NCBI RefSeq assembly: GCF_006345805.1
Contig: NC_043008.1
Coordinates: 38,254,001-38,318,000, forward strand
Direction: 5' to 3'
Source: Octopus sinensis
Lineage: Eukaryota
Length of the DNA: 64,000 nt
Shown: piece after piece, positions 49,621 through 64,000 of the stretch
Layout of the letters: every line of letters starts with the position of its first letter
Numbering within the stretch: position 1 is the stretch's first letter
Notes under the pieces: model-generated
Database searches by the model: none
The model's input: only the letters and a program-made list of their open reading frames with translations
What the model was told of the DNA's origin: nothing
Made by a program: the position numbers and the translations under genes

Positions 49621-52498
49621 CTGTACTTAGATAGTTTTTCCAACTATTACAAGACTTAGCTTTAATTACTGTCAAAATTAATCAATATTATTGCACAACA
49701 AATGGAATGAGTTGGTAGAAATGTTTGGAATTCCTTGCATAATTTCACCATCTTTCAGGTTTGAAACAAAAGTCTTATAGGGATCAGATTTTTACTTCAA
49801 ATCTAAAGGATAATGAACGTACTTTGGGCATTTCATACATTTCAGTCCTACTTGAGAACACGAATCATACTTTTACAGACATTCCTTGCATTGTGTCAAG
49901 TGGAAAATAATAAACAGAATTAAATAAATATCAAAAATTAAGCACTGTTGTAATTTTAAAATATCTAACTGGCATTAGCTTATATTAAAAGTTCCTATGT
50001 GTATTTCACCATTTATGATTGTTTGGAACCAACCCTGCAAAAGAAGTTCCAAATGTATATAAATACTCAACCATAATGGATTCTCATGGAACACCTTATT
50101 GTATCAAAGCGTCTCCTCAGGATTTATTGTAGTTGAGCATCTATATCCATTTGGATCTTCTTTTGCAGGACTCCATATTACCATAATGGTAAAACGTGCT
50201 CGGAAACTTTAATATAAGTTTGTGTTTATCCTTATTTTCCAAGGGACATATCTGTAATTTGATACAATAAAATATTCCCTGAGGTTCTGTATTGTATTAA
50301 CATTTCAAAATTCAGTAATGTGAGATAATCAGGCTCTAACTAGTTCACAGTTTAATTCATTCTGGAAAAATATTTCAATAGGTGTATGTTACTGCAATCA
50401 GTTCCATCCTTCCTCATCCCATTCCCTTGCTACACAGCAAAAAACACATGCTTATCACAACCACAAAACATGATAGCAAATGATTTACTCTTTCAGAGAA
50501 TCACTAAAACGCAATGCTGTCAAGAGACTTAATTTGCTGTCTGCATATTAAAATATTTCCAAATAGTCAAATAAAGAACATCTCATTGACTTGTATGTCT
50601 GAAAACTCTGATGTTCTTTGTTATTCCTTGGGGTATGGTGCTTTCAATTCATTCCAAATTCTACTTAATTGAAGTTCTCCCAAATGACCCAAGAAGATAA
50701 AAACCACCTTTGGCAGAAGGTTAATTAACAAAGATAGTGTTCTTGTTATTTATTTTTTATTTTTATCATCTCCGCATACGTATGTATGTATGTATGTATG
50801 TATGTATGTATGTATGTATGTATGTATGTATGTATGCATGCATGTATATATGTATGTGTGTATGATGCTAGTATTTTCCTGCTCTATTTAATTTTTAGAA
50901 AAATTAAACCAAAGTTAAATCAATAGAAATATGAATGCATGCAATGTTGATATTTTTAAACATGCTGATTCTGATTGGTCTAAAATAAAGTATATGGAAC
51001 ACTACTTGAGTTTCTGATTCTAGATATAACCAACTTATTCCTCTAGCTAATATTGTTGATAAATATGCATGATTTCAAACTATCTAATTTGCTTTCTGCT
51101 ATAAACTTGAGGCCTTATGCCTATGCAAAAAGTTAATATTTTCACATACATGATAGAGCATGTTTCTGTTTTGATGGGGATGCTTAGATTTAAGCTGCAA
51201 AGTTTTAAGCAACCAAAGTGAATGGTTACTTTTGGAGAGATGAATATATTTTAGCATCTTTTTTCTTAATCTGAATAAATTGATACATGTTGAGTATGTC
51301 TCCTGCTTACAGACACATCGTGGTAGTAATGGTGGTGTTGAATTGAGAATATGGCAATATTGTTAGCATGTCTCCAATGCTAAAAACCTTATACAGTGAA
51401 CAGTTTAGTGCAAGCAAACTGTGCAATCATTAATTTTAAAATACAGTCTGTTTCTAAAATATATCACATTTCTTTAGTACTCAATAATAGCTCAGTATGT
51501 TGGACCTTTAAGAGTTTAATATTTCTTTTTACCATGCTTACTGAACAAGGCAAGGGACACTCAGCAATCCAATGGCAGAGAGTAGTAGAGGCAACCAAAA
51601 CACCTTACGTTTCTAAAAACCTAACACACAAACACATACATACACACACACACACACATACACACACAGAGCAGCTATTTTGTGGAAGACAAGTTATTTC
51701 CTATGTATTTAAGTTTTCTTTATCGATGACACCCATGATGTCTCCAAAAAGCAGTAAGGCTGATACAACATGGCACCAGGATTGCTGTAAGAATTCACAT
51801 CAAAATAAAAAGAACTGGCAAAGACACCACCAAACCTCCACTCTAGACTGGTAATTTTTTAACAACCCTCAAATGATGAAAAAAAAAAATTTCACCTCTG
51901 TAGGGATTGAACTCAGAGCGCAGACAACTGGAACAAAACACATCAAATCTATCGATAAGTGTAAGCAATGTGAGACAATAAGAGGCTGTGAAAATGGACA
52001 CAAAAACATAAACAAAGGTAAGGTTGAATTAAAACGATATCAACAAATTTGGCTGGTTGAGAATTTTGCTTCCCTTCATGCTACTTGTCAAAAATAGACA
52101 AATTGCAATACATAAACAAAATATTGTTCTTGGAATATAATAGAGATGCCTCTTGTAATAATAATAATCCATAATTTTTCAGACATTTCACAGCTGTAAT
52201 TCAGTGGTACAATATGAATTGCTACTGTGACAGTTCTCATGCTGATCTACAATACTGTTTTGCATAGACCAACAAAACACTTGAAATTCTTTTGCTTTCA
52301 AACACCCACAAACCTATACACATACGCAATTATACATAAAAATGCACGCACATGCACACACATGCTTACACAAAGAGAATGTGGGAAGTGATTGACACAG
52401 TTACCTCAGTAATTTGGAAACCCGCCACCTTCTTAAAATATTTGAATGTAAGCACAATCAAAAACATTACAACATTAACTACGAACACAAAATAAAAT

Positions 52499-52499
<1 letters not shown>

Positions 52500-52533
<34 letters not shown>

Positions 52534-52585
52534 ACACATACACACGTGTATATATATATATATACATACACACACACACACACAC

Positions 52586-52617
<32 letters not shown>

Positions 52618-52917
52618 CATACATATATACACACACATATATGTGCACACACGTAAGTATGTATATGTGTATATATACATATGCATGTATTATATATGTA
52701 TACATATAATAACAATGGAGAGTCGATTTAAAAATTCTTCGTCTTCTTCATATTATTATTATTATTATCATTATTGTTATTATCATTATTATTATTATTA
52801 TTATCATTATTATTATTATTATTATTATTATTACATATGTATGCATGTGTGTGTATATATATAAATATATACATTTCTGTATATATATTATATATATATG
52901 TATATAAATATATAAAC

Positions 52918-52948
<31 letters not shown>

Positions 52949-53340
52949 CATACATATAAATATACATTTGTGCATATATATATTTATATACATCATCATC
53001 ATCATCATCATCGTTTAACGTCCGCTTTCCATGCTATATATATATATGTAAGCGTACATTTACATTGCATGTACATGTGTGTGTGTGTGTGTGTGCATGT
53101 GTGTATGTGAGTGTGTGTATAATAAACCTATAATTTTTCAATTTTACCATTATTTTATAGTCGGCTCAATCAATGCCTACTTTATATTGTTTGCGCCACA
53201 GGGTTTTACCAATCTATTTATTTTTGTCTTGCAAATCTTCACCATAGCAATTCTTCCCGAGCCACACCACAAAATTGTGTCGATGTTGCAAATTCCAGTC
53301 GCTTCTCTAGCGTGGCATAAGATTTTGTCATCACACACAT

Positions 53341-53387
<47 letters not shown>

Positions 53388-53576
53388 CACACAGTTTACA
53401 AATTTGATTCTTGGTTTTCTTTCTCTCAATCAGTTTATCGTAATACATGTGTTTGTATGTTTTTTTACATTAACCCATATTTATATTTGTATCTATGTAT
53501 ATACAGACATATATATACATGTATGCATATATATGTATATATATATATGTATGTATATATACATACATATATATAT

Positions 53577-53614
<38 letters not shown>

Positions 53615-53664
53615 TTATAGATATAGATAGATAGATACATAGAAATAGATAGAGAGATAGATAA

Positions 53665-53717
<53 letters not shown>

Positions 53718-54030
53718 CAGACAGATAGATAGATATGCATGTATATACGAAGATTTGTACTGCAGGACATTCTTTCCATCAGTAGTTTGTCTGGATAAAG
53801 TAGTAATTTTCACACAATATATTTGTGTGTGTGTGTGTGTGTATGCATACGTATCCACTTACTCACACATATATATGTGTATGTGTATGTACATATATAT
53901 ATATGTATGTATGCATGTATGTATGTAAATACACACATACACATATTTGCATTATATGCATATATATAATCATTTATTCTTTTGTCATCTCTGTTTTCTT
54001 TTATGTTTAAGTGTGTGTGTGTGTGTGTAT
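52500..54030. repeat. Dense microsatellite block: (TA)n, (CA)n, (ATT)n, (ATAG)n
   Basis: Direct reading. Confidence 0.9.
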
Positions 54031-55394
54031 TGATCACTAAGAAGTTATTTTGATCTATGCAGATGGAATGAGCTCATTTACTGTTTTTTTTCGTTTTTTG
54101 GGATTGGTATTTTAAATTCAAATTATTGAAAAACAAGTTAAAAATTATAATTCTGTGGAGTTCTTGGAATTTACTTTTATCGTATGTTTACCCTTTATTT
54201 TCAAATTGGCATCGTAGTGGCTTTTTGAAGCACTGTTATTCTAAAGAACAATGTTCCATATTAATTATCACACACAGATAAACACATGTATACATACATA
54301 AATACACACACACACATACCCACTTGTACATACATATACACTGGCTCACACATACACACACACAGAGGCATGTTTATATCAAAATGTTGCACTGCAAATT
54401 TGGGAACAGACTTCAATTGGTTCATAAATAGAAAAATAGCCTAATGTAATTTTTTGCAGCATACAGAAAATTTCAACATTTTGGTTTTTCTTTCAGACAT
54501 ATTGGCAGCTTTAACATGGCAAATTCCAATCTGATATAAGGAACAAATAATGAAAAGGTACACCATGCTGGTAGCTCTAACCATCCCAGCACAATAAGGA
54601 GATTGCTACCTTCATGAACATTGCTAGATTTTTCGTGTTTCGGACTTGGGTAGAATTGGTGGTTTCTGGCTGAAATATATCATCGGTGGGCAAAGAAAAT
54701 AATAATTCTCTGTAGTCAAACATCATGGGTTAAAATGAGAAGAAAATTAACAGAATCATGCTAAGAGCCAAAACTTCATTGCAATCTCAGTTTATTGGGA
54801 GTCTAGCTTGGTTTTTGTTCTATGATAATTAAGGTTCCGTGGTCAGAAAAATCTTAAAAATAAGCTTGTAAAAGACAAAGCAACAACAACAAAAACACAC
54901 CTTGTTTTCATGTACATAATTATTATTTCTGAAAATGAAGTCAATTTCCATCATAACATTATCTGATGATAAACAGACATCTCAGAAATGTCTGCGTGCT
55001 GATTTCACTTTCCTTTGTTCAAATGTATAACTGGCTAAAATAAAGACAAAGTCAGTTATTTAAAGAACACATCAGACCAGACAGAATTTATATAAGTGAT
55101 TAAGAACTTTTCATAAACAGATTATCTTCTGTGTTTCACCTACAACTACCACAAAGCTAGTTTCTCACATTCAATTAATACTTGGTTGATATATTTGCAT
55201 AGGAAAACATTCTAATTTTATCCTTGCTTTTTGTAGCTAAATTCTTCATGGTTAAACCTTCTGCTAAATAGTATTAAAATGTTCTACGAAGTTAGTAGGG
55301 TTTATGACAAAAGATATTTATTTTCAGCAAAGTTGCCATAGAAATCAGCATACATTCTCCTTAGAAGTCTGTGTGTGTGTATATATTTATATAT

Positions 55395-55479
<85 letters not shown>

Positions 55480-56490
55480 TTTATATATTTATATATATAT
55501 ATATATAAATACATATGTGTGTGTATATGTATATACATGTATATATATATATATATGTATGTATATATGTGTGTGTGCTTACAAGGTTTTTACCCCTTTT
55601 TTTGTCAATTAATTTTAAATATGAGCACTATATAATCTACATATATTTCTGTCTTCTGTATCTTGCACTAAGATTGAAAACTATGAAAATCTTATATCAT
55701 TAAGAAAATAAAATTGTAAAACTTTCTCTATTTCTCTTGCAGCTTTCTTCATACAAAATTAAAACTGCCAGAACAAAATGTATTATTAATATAGACTTAC
55801 AGACAAGGAACCTGATTCCAGTGATTTATTGCAAATCTTTTATTAACAGAAACACTTTCGAAATATTTCTTATCAAAAAACCTGCATCAACAATGGAAGA
55901 CATTTTCAATTTAAATCTGCTCAACGAAAATATTAAAAAAAAAAACAACAACAAAATCACCCAAAACTAAAGAAACTCTCATTAATATTTCTATTTAACC
56001 TACTTTCAGATAATATAGCTGAGATTTCATGCTTATGTATTTCAACCCTTTATCATTCGGATTATTCTGTCAAATGGAATATCTGATTGCTAAAAGGTTA
56101 ATCTTCAGAATATTTTTGAAATTTTAGTAAGCCATTTGTGTCTAATATAAAGGAGATAATTTTCATCATTTTAATTTCAATATTTTCTGTTTGTGTATGT
56201 TAAATGAAACTGTACTTTTGAAATCCCCCTTTCCTTCAAAGATGAATAATTTCTAACTTATAACAATTCCAGTTATGACTGCTTTCATTACTCTGGGGAA
56301 ATGATTTCAAAAATTCATTGTCATTTGCTATTAAGAAGTGACAAGTAAAATTAAAAGAAAAAAATATTCAATAAGACTTCAAGCTTATATTCATTATCAT
56401 CATAGTTTTGATGTCTACTTTCCATATTTGCTTGGAAGTTGTTGAGGCAAATTTTCTATGGCTGGATGTCTTTCCTGTCACTAATTCTCA

Positions 56491-56865
56491 AGCAAAGTAA
56501 TATTCTTTTCTACTCTAGTCACAAGACACGAAATTTTCAAGGAAGGGGCCAGTCGATTAGATCATCCCCAGTACACAACTGGTACTTAATCTATCGACCC
56601 TGAAAGGATGAAAGGCAAAATTGACCTTGGCTGAATTTGAACTCAGAACATGTGGACAGACGAAATACCAAGCAAAGTAATATTCTTTTCTGCTCTAGGC
56701 ACAATGTTCAAAATTTTGGGGGAGGGGGCCAGTCAATTAGATCGACCCCAGTACGCAACTAGTATTTAATTTATCGACCTCCAAAACGATGAAAGGCAAA
56801 GTTGACCTCAGTGGAATTTGAACTCAGAACACGAAGACAGACAAAATACCAAGCAAAGCAATATT
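56491..56865 (-). repeat. Two tandem ~180-bp family A SINE copies bounded by three copies of agcaaagtaatatt
   Basis: Boundary motif at 56491, 56671 and 56852. The two units are roughly 80% identical by eye and end at the same point. Confidence 0.85.
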
Positions 56866-56983
56866 ACCCCATGACTGGGTGATATCTTTACACAGAAGTT
56901 TAGAAACAGATAACACTACATGCATGGCAGTAATGCTCACTTATAACTATAACATGATGTCAAAACAAGGAGCCCAAACACAT

Positions 56984-57023
<40 letters not shown>

Positions 57024-59095
57024 ATACACACAACACTTACATATGTATACTTATATTAATAGGCTTCTTTCAGTTTCTCTCTCCCAAATCCTTTCACAGG
57101 GTTTGACCAGCCTGGAGCTATCACTTGCCCAAGTAGAAATCCCTTGCCCAAGTGCTATGCCATGGGACTGAACCCGAAACCACATGGTTAGGAATTGAAC
57201 ATTTTAACCACATCCTTACTCAGTGAAACTATTGTTTTGTTCTAGCATGTGTAGCATAGCAGTTGTCGTTTAGTTCCGGACGAATTCAATCAAACAGACT
57301 CACTACAAAAGGTATTCTGGCCATAAGCATCCTGATTGAATTGTGTAGGGAACTTTGGACTACATTATCCAATCTGGTCTTTTATAAGACGATTGGAGTG
57401 TAACTAGATTAAGATTTAGATGCTATTTCTAGCATGTAAAACAAATACTTAGAGGGTCCCTCACTGGCAAGGAATCATTTATCTTTCTATCTTGAACATT
57501 AAATAGAGAATATATTTTTGGATTCCTTACTTTGTACGTAACATTTTATGAGTAGCTGAGTGTGTGTTTTATGAGCCAGTAAAATGACCATGCTACACCT
57601 AGAATTAAGCAATTTGGATAAGCACCAATAAGCACTCAAGTGAAGAATCCTAGAAAGACTTAATAGAAGAATTTTTACTTATACAAACGTTTACACAAGC
57701 ACACATGCACAAACACACACACACACATACATACATGCAGTTTTAAACCCAATGCTAGCAATCAAAACTGAGAGGTTTTACTATACAACCTAATTGTTCA
57801 AAAGATAATTACTTTCTTATTAAAAATTAACTTCTTACCTTGAATTTTAATAATTCAGCATTTTGGTAAGTTATTGCAATTCATAAGAGAGAAAAAATAT
57901 TGTTAAATTTGAAATTGATTTCTGAAATTTGATTTTATTCAAATGACTTTGATTTCTATAGAAATTTAGATGAGAATATGCCAAAGTCTTTTGAGGAATT
58001 ATCGAATTATTGACTTTTGTTGTCATATTAAGGTTTGTAATTATATTTCTCAACTGTGTTTATAGATTAGGTCTTGTTTGAAATGTTAGCTATTCCTTCA
58101 AATTCTGGCATACAAATAACAATGTCTTTTGATTTTCTGTTCGTTTATAGAAAATTCATTATTATATGAACATGTGCAGATGCTTTTTTGTGCATGTAAT
58201 CATACATATGTTTATGAATTGTCGTAAGTGTTTGTGAAAGAGAGATAGTATCCAGTTGTAAGATCTCCAAACAGAATAACACATAATAAAGCATGCAAGA
58301 TTGAGTCTAGCTTATGCCGTAAACAGATATAAGTTCAAATGCATATATTCATATAGACATGTGTGCATATATACATATATTCATATAGAGATATGTGCAT
58401 ATATACATACATTCATATTGTTTGTTTTGTTCTTATTTATGCTTTCTTTTTATGCACATATGTGTACAAGTGTATATGCATGTGAACACAAGTGTGTGTG
58501 TCTGAGAGAGAGAAGTCTATGGAAGAGAAGAAAAATTTGGAGAAAATATAAAACATAACGAAAATCCTGAAGGGAAAATTTCTCTCAAAAACATTACATT
58601 TTTACTTATTCTAACCAGTGCAATTTCAACAATGTTATTTTAAAGGAAATTATTACATATAGGATGAGATTAGATTAATTCTAAGAGAAAATAAATAGAA
58701 AGTGTGTTTGTGCCAATATATATATTTGACTTTGCGCATAGACCAAACATACATGCATGTACACGCACATACATACAGATAGATAGGTTGATATATGTAA
58801 ATATATATAACATGTATAAATATATGTATATATACATATATATATGTATATAAACAGTAATCTCGTTCGGAGATTTATTAATGCCTTATATGTATATATA
58901 ATTATATATAATATACACACATAAGCCTGTATTTATTGTTCCTCCCTCCCTATCTCTTCCTCTCCCTCTCTCTATCTTTCTCTCTCTCTCTCTTTATATA
59001 TATATATATATGTATATACATATATATACATATATATATATACATATATGTACATACATATATATGTATGTGTATGTGTATGTGTGTAGATATGC

Positions 59096-59146
<51 letters not shown>

Positions 59147-59363
59147 TTCACACACATACAAAGAGAGAAAGAGAAAGGAAATCGACAGAGTCCTTTGATA
59201 AAATAACATTGCAATATCTCGTTGAGAAAATTAACAACTTTTAAGCCAAACTTCACTATTATATCGAAATACTCAAGTGAATTCAAAAGCTGGTTGCGAT
59301 TTCTCAATTTTTGTTTAGTTAGCAAGTTGCTCAGCATTACCATTATCATTATTATCATTATTA

Positions 59364-59412
<49 letters not shown>

Positions 59413-59834
59413 TATTAGTTCATTATCATCATCATCGTAATCATCATTATTTTAACGTTATTTTCTTGCTTATTCATTCATTTGCTATTGTTTTTCTCTC
59501 TGACTGAAAATTGTACGAGACGAGCGAATGAGAGGAATGGCTGATTGACTGGCTGGCTGGTTGGTTGGTTAGGAGAATGAGTGAATTCTGTGTATGGCGA
59601 AGAGGAAGCGTTAGGAATAAAATGAAGAATAAGTGAAATTATCTTAGGTTCAGGTAGCGTTTAATGAAAAACAACTCTGTTCAATCAATGGTACCATTTT
59701 CAATGTTATTTTTCAATATCTAATCAAAACATAACCGGAGCTTGTATATATAGAGATGAATTTCACTCTGTGTAGCTACAAAATCAAATTTATTTCCTAG
59801 AGTTTGCTAACTTAAACTAATCTGTCTTCGGGGC

Positions 59835-60905
59835 ATGGCAGCAGTGGTGTTGGTGTTGGTGGTAGTGTTGGTGGTGGCGATGATAATTGTAGTTAGTGGG
59901 TTTCAAAATGGTGGTGGTAGTGGTGATGACAATGGCGGTGTTGATGGTGATGCAATTGTAGTGATTTCGATGATGATAGAGTTGGTGGTGGTGGTGGTGG
60001 TGGTGGTAGTGGTAGTGGTGGTGGTTGTTCTTGTTGTTGTTGCGGTGGTGGTGGTGGTGATGGTGATGGTTGTGGTTGTGGTTGTGGTGGTGGTGATGAT
60101 GATGGTAGTGATTGGTTGGTGGCCGTTGTGGTGGTGGTGGTTGTGGTGGTAGGTTAGTGGCAGTGGTGGTGGCAGTTGTGGTGGTGGTTGTGGTGGTGGT
60201 GGTGGTGGTGATGGTGGTGATGCATTGGTGGTAGTTGTGGTGGCGGTGGTGGTGGTATAATTTTAATTCTGAAGGTGATAGTGGTAGTGATAGTAAGGTG
60301 ATAGAGGTGATGATGAAGATGGTGGGCGTGGGGAAAGTGGGGGTTGCCAGTGGTGGTGGTGGTGGTGGTGGATTATTGGACTGAAAAGAAAATTCATGTT
60401 GTTAGTCGTTATATGATTGGTAATTTAAACCAGTATGAATTACTATTTTGAGAGTGGGTAATTGGCTGGAAAGAAAATGATAAAAAAAAAATACACATAT
60501 AAAAGAATTAAAACAAAAAAAATAATAGATTTATTAAGTAACTTTTATGAATTGTTATCATCACAATCTTCAATCCCATCCTCCCCCCTCCCACTACTAA
60601 TATTACCATCACCTCCAATCCATCACCATTTTCACTATAACTACCAGTATCACCATTAATACCTCCAGCTTTATCTCCCACTGTACCTCCTCCTCCTCCT
60701 CCTCCTCCTCATCATCATCATCATCGTCGTCGTCGTCGTCGTCATTGTCATTGATACATTATCATCATTATCATCAACATCATTGTCATCCTCATCATTA
60801 CCATCCTCATCCCTGACGTCATCATCGTCATTATTGGCGCCATCATCACTGTCATCATCATAATCATCTCTATCTTCATTGTGATCATCAGCAATGCCAC
60901 CTCCC
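59835..60905. repeat. (GGT/GAT)-rich tract followed by a (CCT/CAT/CGT)-rich tract
   Basis: Direct reading, about 59835-60375 and 60590-60905. Confidence 0.9.
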
Positions 60906-62257
60906 TTACATTGGTATGTAGCATTGACGCATATGTAAGAATGTATATTCAGTCAATTTCATAGTAGAATATGAATCATATGCATTTTATTGATTCTGGA
61001 GATGCAAGAAAAAAAATTAAAAAATACATTGAACCTGTGGAATTTTGAACTCAAACTATAGAGGCAGAGTCCTGACATGCAGCTATCATGGCTTACTTTC
61101 AGACATGGTGAAGGCCTTCCCTTTTTCGAGGTATGAAGACAGGCAATTTCTTCTAGGAAGAAAGAGAGGAAAAGAGAGAGACGAACAGACAGGGGGTGAG
61201 AATAATAGAGGGAAAGAATGACAGGGAGAAAAAGAAGAATTGACTGAGTACAGAACTGATACTCTATTGACCCTGGAAGACAAAGGGTATCTTTGTAGAA
61301 TTTGAACTCTAAGCACAGAGATCCAGAATGAATACTACAAAACAATTTAATCCCAGTGCTTCAATAACTTGGCCATTATGTTACTTTATATTGAAATTTT
61401 GGTGGAGGTGGGTGTGTTTAGCCAATTAAATCAACCCCAGTGTATTACTGGTACTTTATTTTATCAATCCTGCAATGAAGAATGGTAAAGTTGGTCTCAA
61501 CAGAATTTGTACTCAGAACTTAAAGCGATGAAAGAAATATTTCAAAAGCATTTTACCCAAAACTCTAACAATTCTACAAGCTCACCATCTTTTATATAGA
61601 TATTGTTATATAATAATCAATCAATTTCTATTTTGCATAAAGTTTAACACAAATGCAGGCAAACCCACAACTATAAATCTCAACGTGACAAGGTGCAGAG
61701 ATGAGGTTTAGTTTTCTTCAACAGCTTCACAAGAGTTGTGAAGTGAATAAAACCACTCACCCACTGATGGATTCTGTTATTATAAAAAGCCAGATTTCTA
61801 TTATGTAAATACACAGGTAGGTTTGAAACTACTTTTCCAGGATTGTCTTTGAGAGAAATAATATTTGTACTGAAGAAAGATGCATTTAAGTTTGAGTTCT
61901 ATTCAAAGACTTATGTCAAGCTGTCAAGTTAGTTGAGTTCTTAAGACATTAATGGGGAAAATGCTTCATCTTAATTTGTCTGTAAGAATTGGTTTGGATA
62001 AATATAGTGGAAGAAAATATTTCTTGACAAATAAATTACATTTAATGAAAGTATACAAGTGTCAGATTTTACAAATATGGTGCAAATTATTGTATTGACA
62101 TTTAAAACAAGTTAATTTTATAATAATAATGATCATCATCATCATCATCATAAGCATGATTATGATGGCATGTGCACATGTACACAAACATACTCTCAAA
62201 CAATCGTATTTCTATTTGTTAAGGTTTGAATGTTTACAGGTTTCTTTTTCTAAATAA

Positions 62258-62290
<33 letters not shown>

Positions 62291-63287
62291 TATTTCCATT
62301 GTGCATGGAGTATGAAATATATTTGTGATTATATTTATGTTAGAAGATATGAGTCCTAAGAGAAGAAAATATGGTTACTGACATGTAACTGTAGTGAGAT
62401 AATAGGGGACTAAATAATCTCGCTACATTTTTTGTTATAAATCCTTTCATTTCCAACTATAATTTTTTGGTATAATCTCTTCATTTCCAACCATGCCCAC
62501 TTTCTCTCCCCACCTCTCTCTCTCTTTCTTTCTCTCTCTCTTTCTTCTCTCTCTCTCTCTCTCTCTCTCTCTGTACACACACATACTCATGCACATACCA
62601 TCCTCATCACCTCATCAACATTTTAGCACCCACTTTTCCATGCTGGTACAGGTCAGATGAAAATTTGTTGAACAAATTGTTATAAAGCTTGGTGCTCCTC
62701 CTGTCACTTACCCTCACCTGTTTCCAAACAGCATATTCAGAAATGGAAAGGCTTCCCAAGCATTCACATATCTCAGTATTGCCTCGGCCTATCACTGTTC
62801 AACTTCAATGTGTGAAAGTGTGTATGGATGTGATGACCTCTAGTGATTAACATCCACAGTTATTCACTGAGTTCGATAAATATGCATACAGATATATGCA
62901 TGTATACATATAAATATGTATGTGTATACACACATGCACACACACACACATGCATACACACGCACATAGATATCCTTTAAGTTCGTTTACCTGAAATATT
63001 TGGCATATGCATGTAAATGCTTCTATTTCCTTATGCACAGAGAAGAGAACACATGAATATGGTCCACTCGATGTCTATGGATACTATGGACTGTCCTGGA
63101 ATCATCCCAGGAATACAGATTTACAAAACACATGATTTGTGGGGACACAGGTAGCGATGCATTAAAATGTTCATAAATTCCATCCAAGCATTATTCTTAT
63201 TATTATACATATAATACATACATACATATATATGTAAGACAACAAAAGAAAGAAAGAGACCACGAAATTATGTAAATAGAGGAATTT

Positions 63288-63375
63288 ATCTGTAAATGTA
63301 ATGTGACAATTATTCGGTAGCCATGATTATCATATTATCATGGCTACCGAATAATTGTCACATATTACATTTACA

Positions 63376-63378
<3 letters not shown>
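63288..63378. repeat. ~40-bp inverted repeat with a 9-nt spacer
   Basis: atctgtaaatgtaatgtgacaattattcggtagccatgat (63288-63327) versus its reverse complement at 63337-63378, with one 2-nt indel. Confidence 0.9.
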
Positions 63379-63379
<1 letters not shown>

Positions 63380-63428
<49 letters not shown>

Positions 63429-63710
63429 CACATATATATATAATATACATATATATATTTATATTTATAACATATATATATAATATATATATATATAGAT
63501 AGATAGATAGATAGATAGATAGTAGATAGATAGATAGATAAATAGATAGATAGATAGATAGATTAAAGTATGTATATATATATATATAAGTATGTATGTA
63601 TGTATGCATGTATGTATGTATGTAGGTAGGTAGGTAAGAAGGTAGGTATGTATGTATGTAGGCAGGTAGTAGGTAGGTAGGTAAGTAGGTAGGTAGGTAG
63701 ATCAATAGTT
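63380..63710. repeat. (TA)n, (ATAG)n, (GTAT)n and (GTAG)n compound microsatellite
   Basis: Direct reading. Confidence 0.9.
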
Positions 63711-64000
63711 AGAAAGACAGACAGAGAGATAGCTATAGACATAGATATATAAAGCTGATAATGCAAAGTCAGGAAAAAATGGTTGTTACTTGAAATAATG
63801 TGTATTTTTTTAATGAGAAGAATATTAACTAAGACATATAAGTTTACTATTTGACATTTGATGTTTGATGTGTGATACAACAAGGTTTCCTCATTAAATA
63901 AAATAATTAAGGTCTGCAGAAAATCTTTTAATGTGAGTTAATTGATATATTATATCAGCACTCTAATAATGTTAATTTACTGGGTTCTTATTAATTAGAA

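Noticed and set aside
51396-51854. 152-aa ORF spanning a (CA)n tract
   Set aside because: No recognisable domain or splice structure; its length is partly due to the microsatellite.

Overview
AT-rich, microsatellite-saturated eukaryotic DNA. Its SINE families and (TA)n/(CA)n/(CAT)n density match my recollection of octopod cephalopods (Octopus); this is inference, not a database match. There is one well-supported coding exon, at 18967-19088 on the minus strand. It encodes the start of an Ig domain of the Dpr/Lachesin/zig-8-like type, so the window is probably intronic to one large IgSF gene. The rest is repeat-derived: two adjacent decayed mariner transposons, a Penelope-like (PLE) reverse-transcriptase fragment, a CR1/L2-group LINE 3' end, 3' ends of RLE-type (R4/Dong-like) retrotransposons inside a trinucleotide cluster, many copies of at least four short retroposon families, and a 7-unit ~221-bp tandem array. 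The most unusual signal is a set of fold-back (inverted-duplication) structures. Two carry minimal hammerhead-ribozyme-like motifs (one fused to a tRNA-like Pol III head) and a third carries a half-motif, suggesting non-autonomous elements mobilised by Penelope machinery. A 140-bp PLE RT piece is also captured inside a mariner transposase. Nearly all ORFs in the supplied track are microsatellite translations. All coordinates and counts were read by eye; no searches or folding programs were run.
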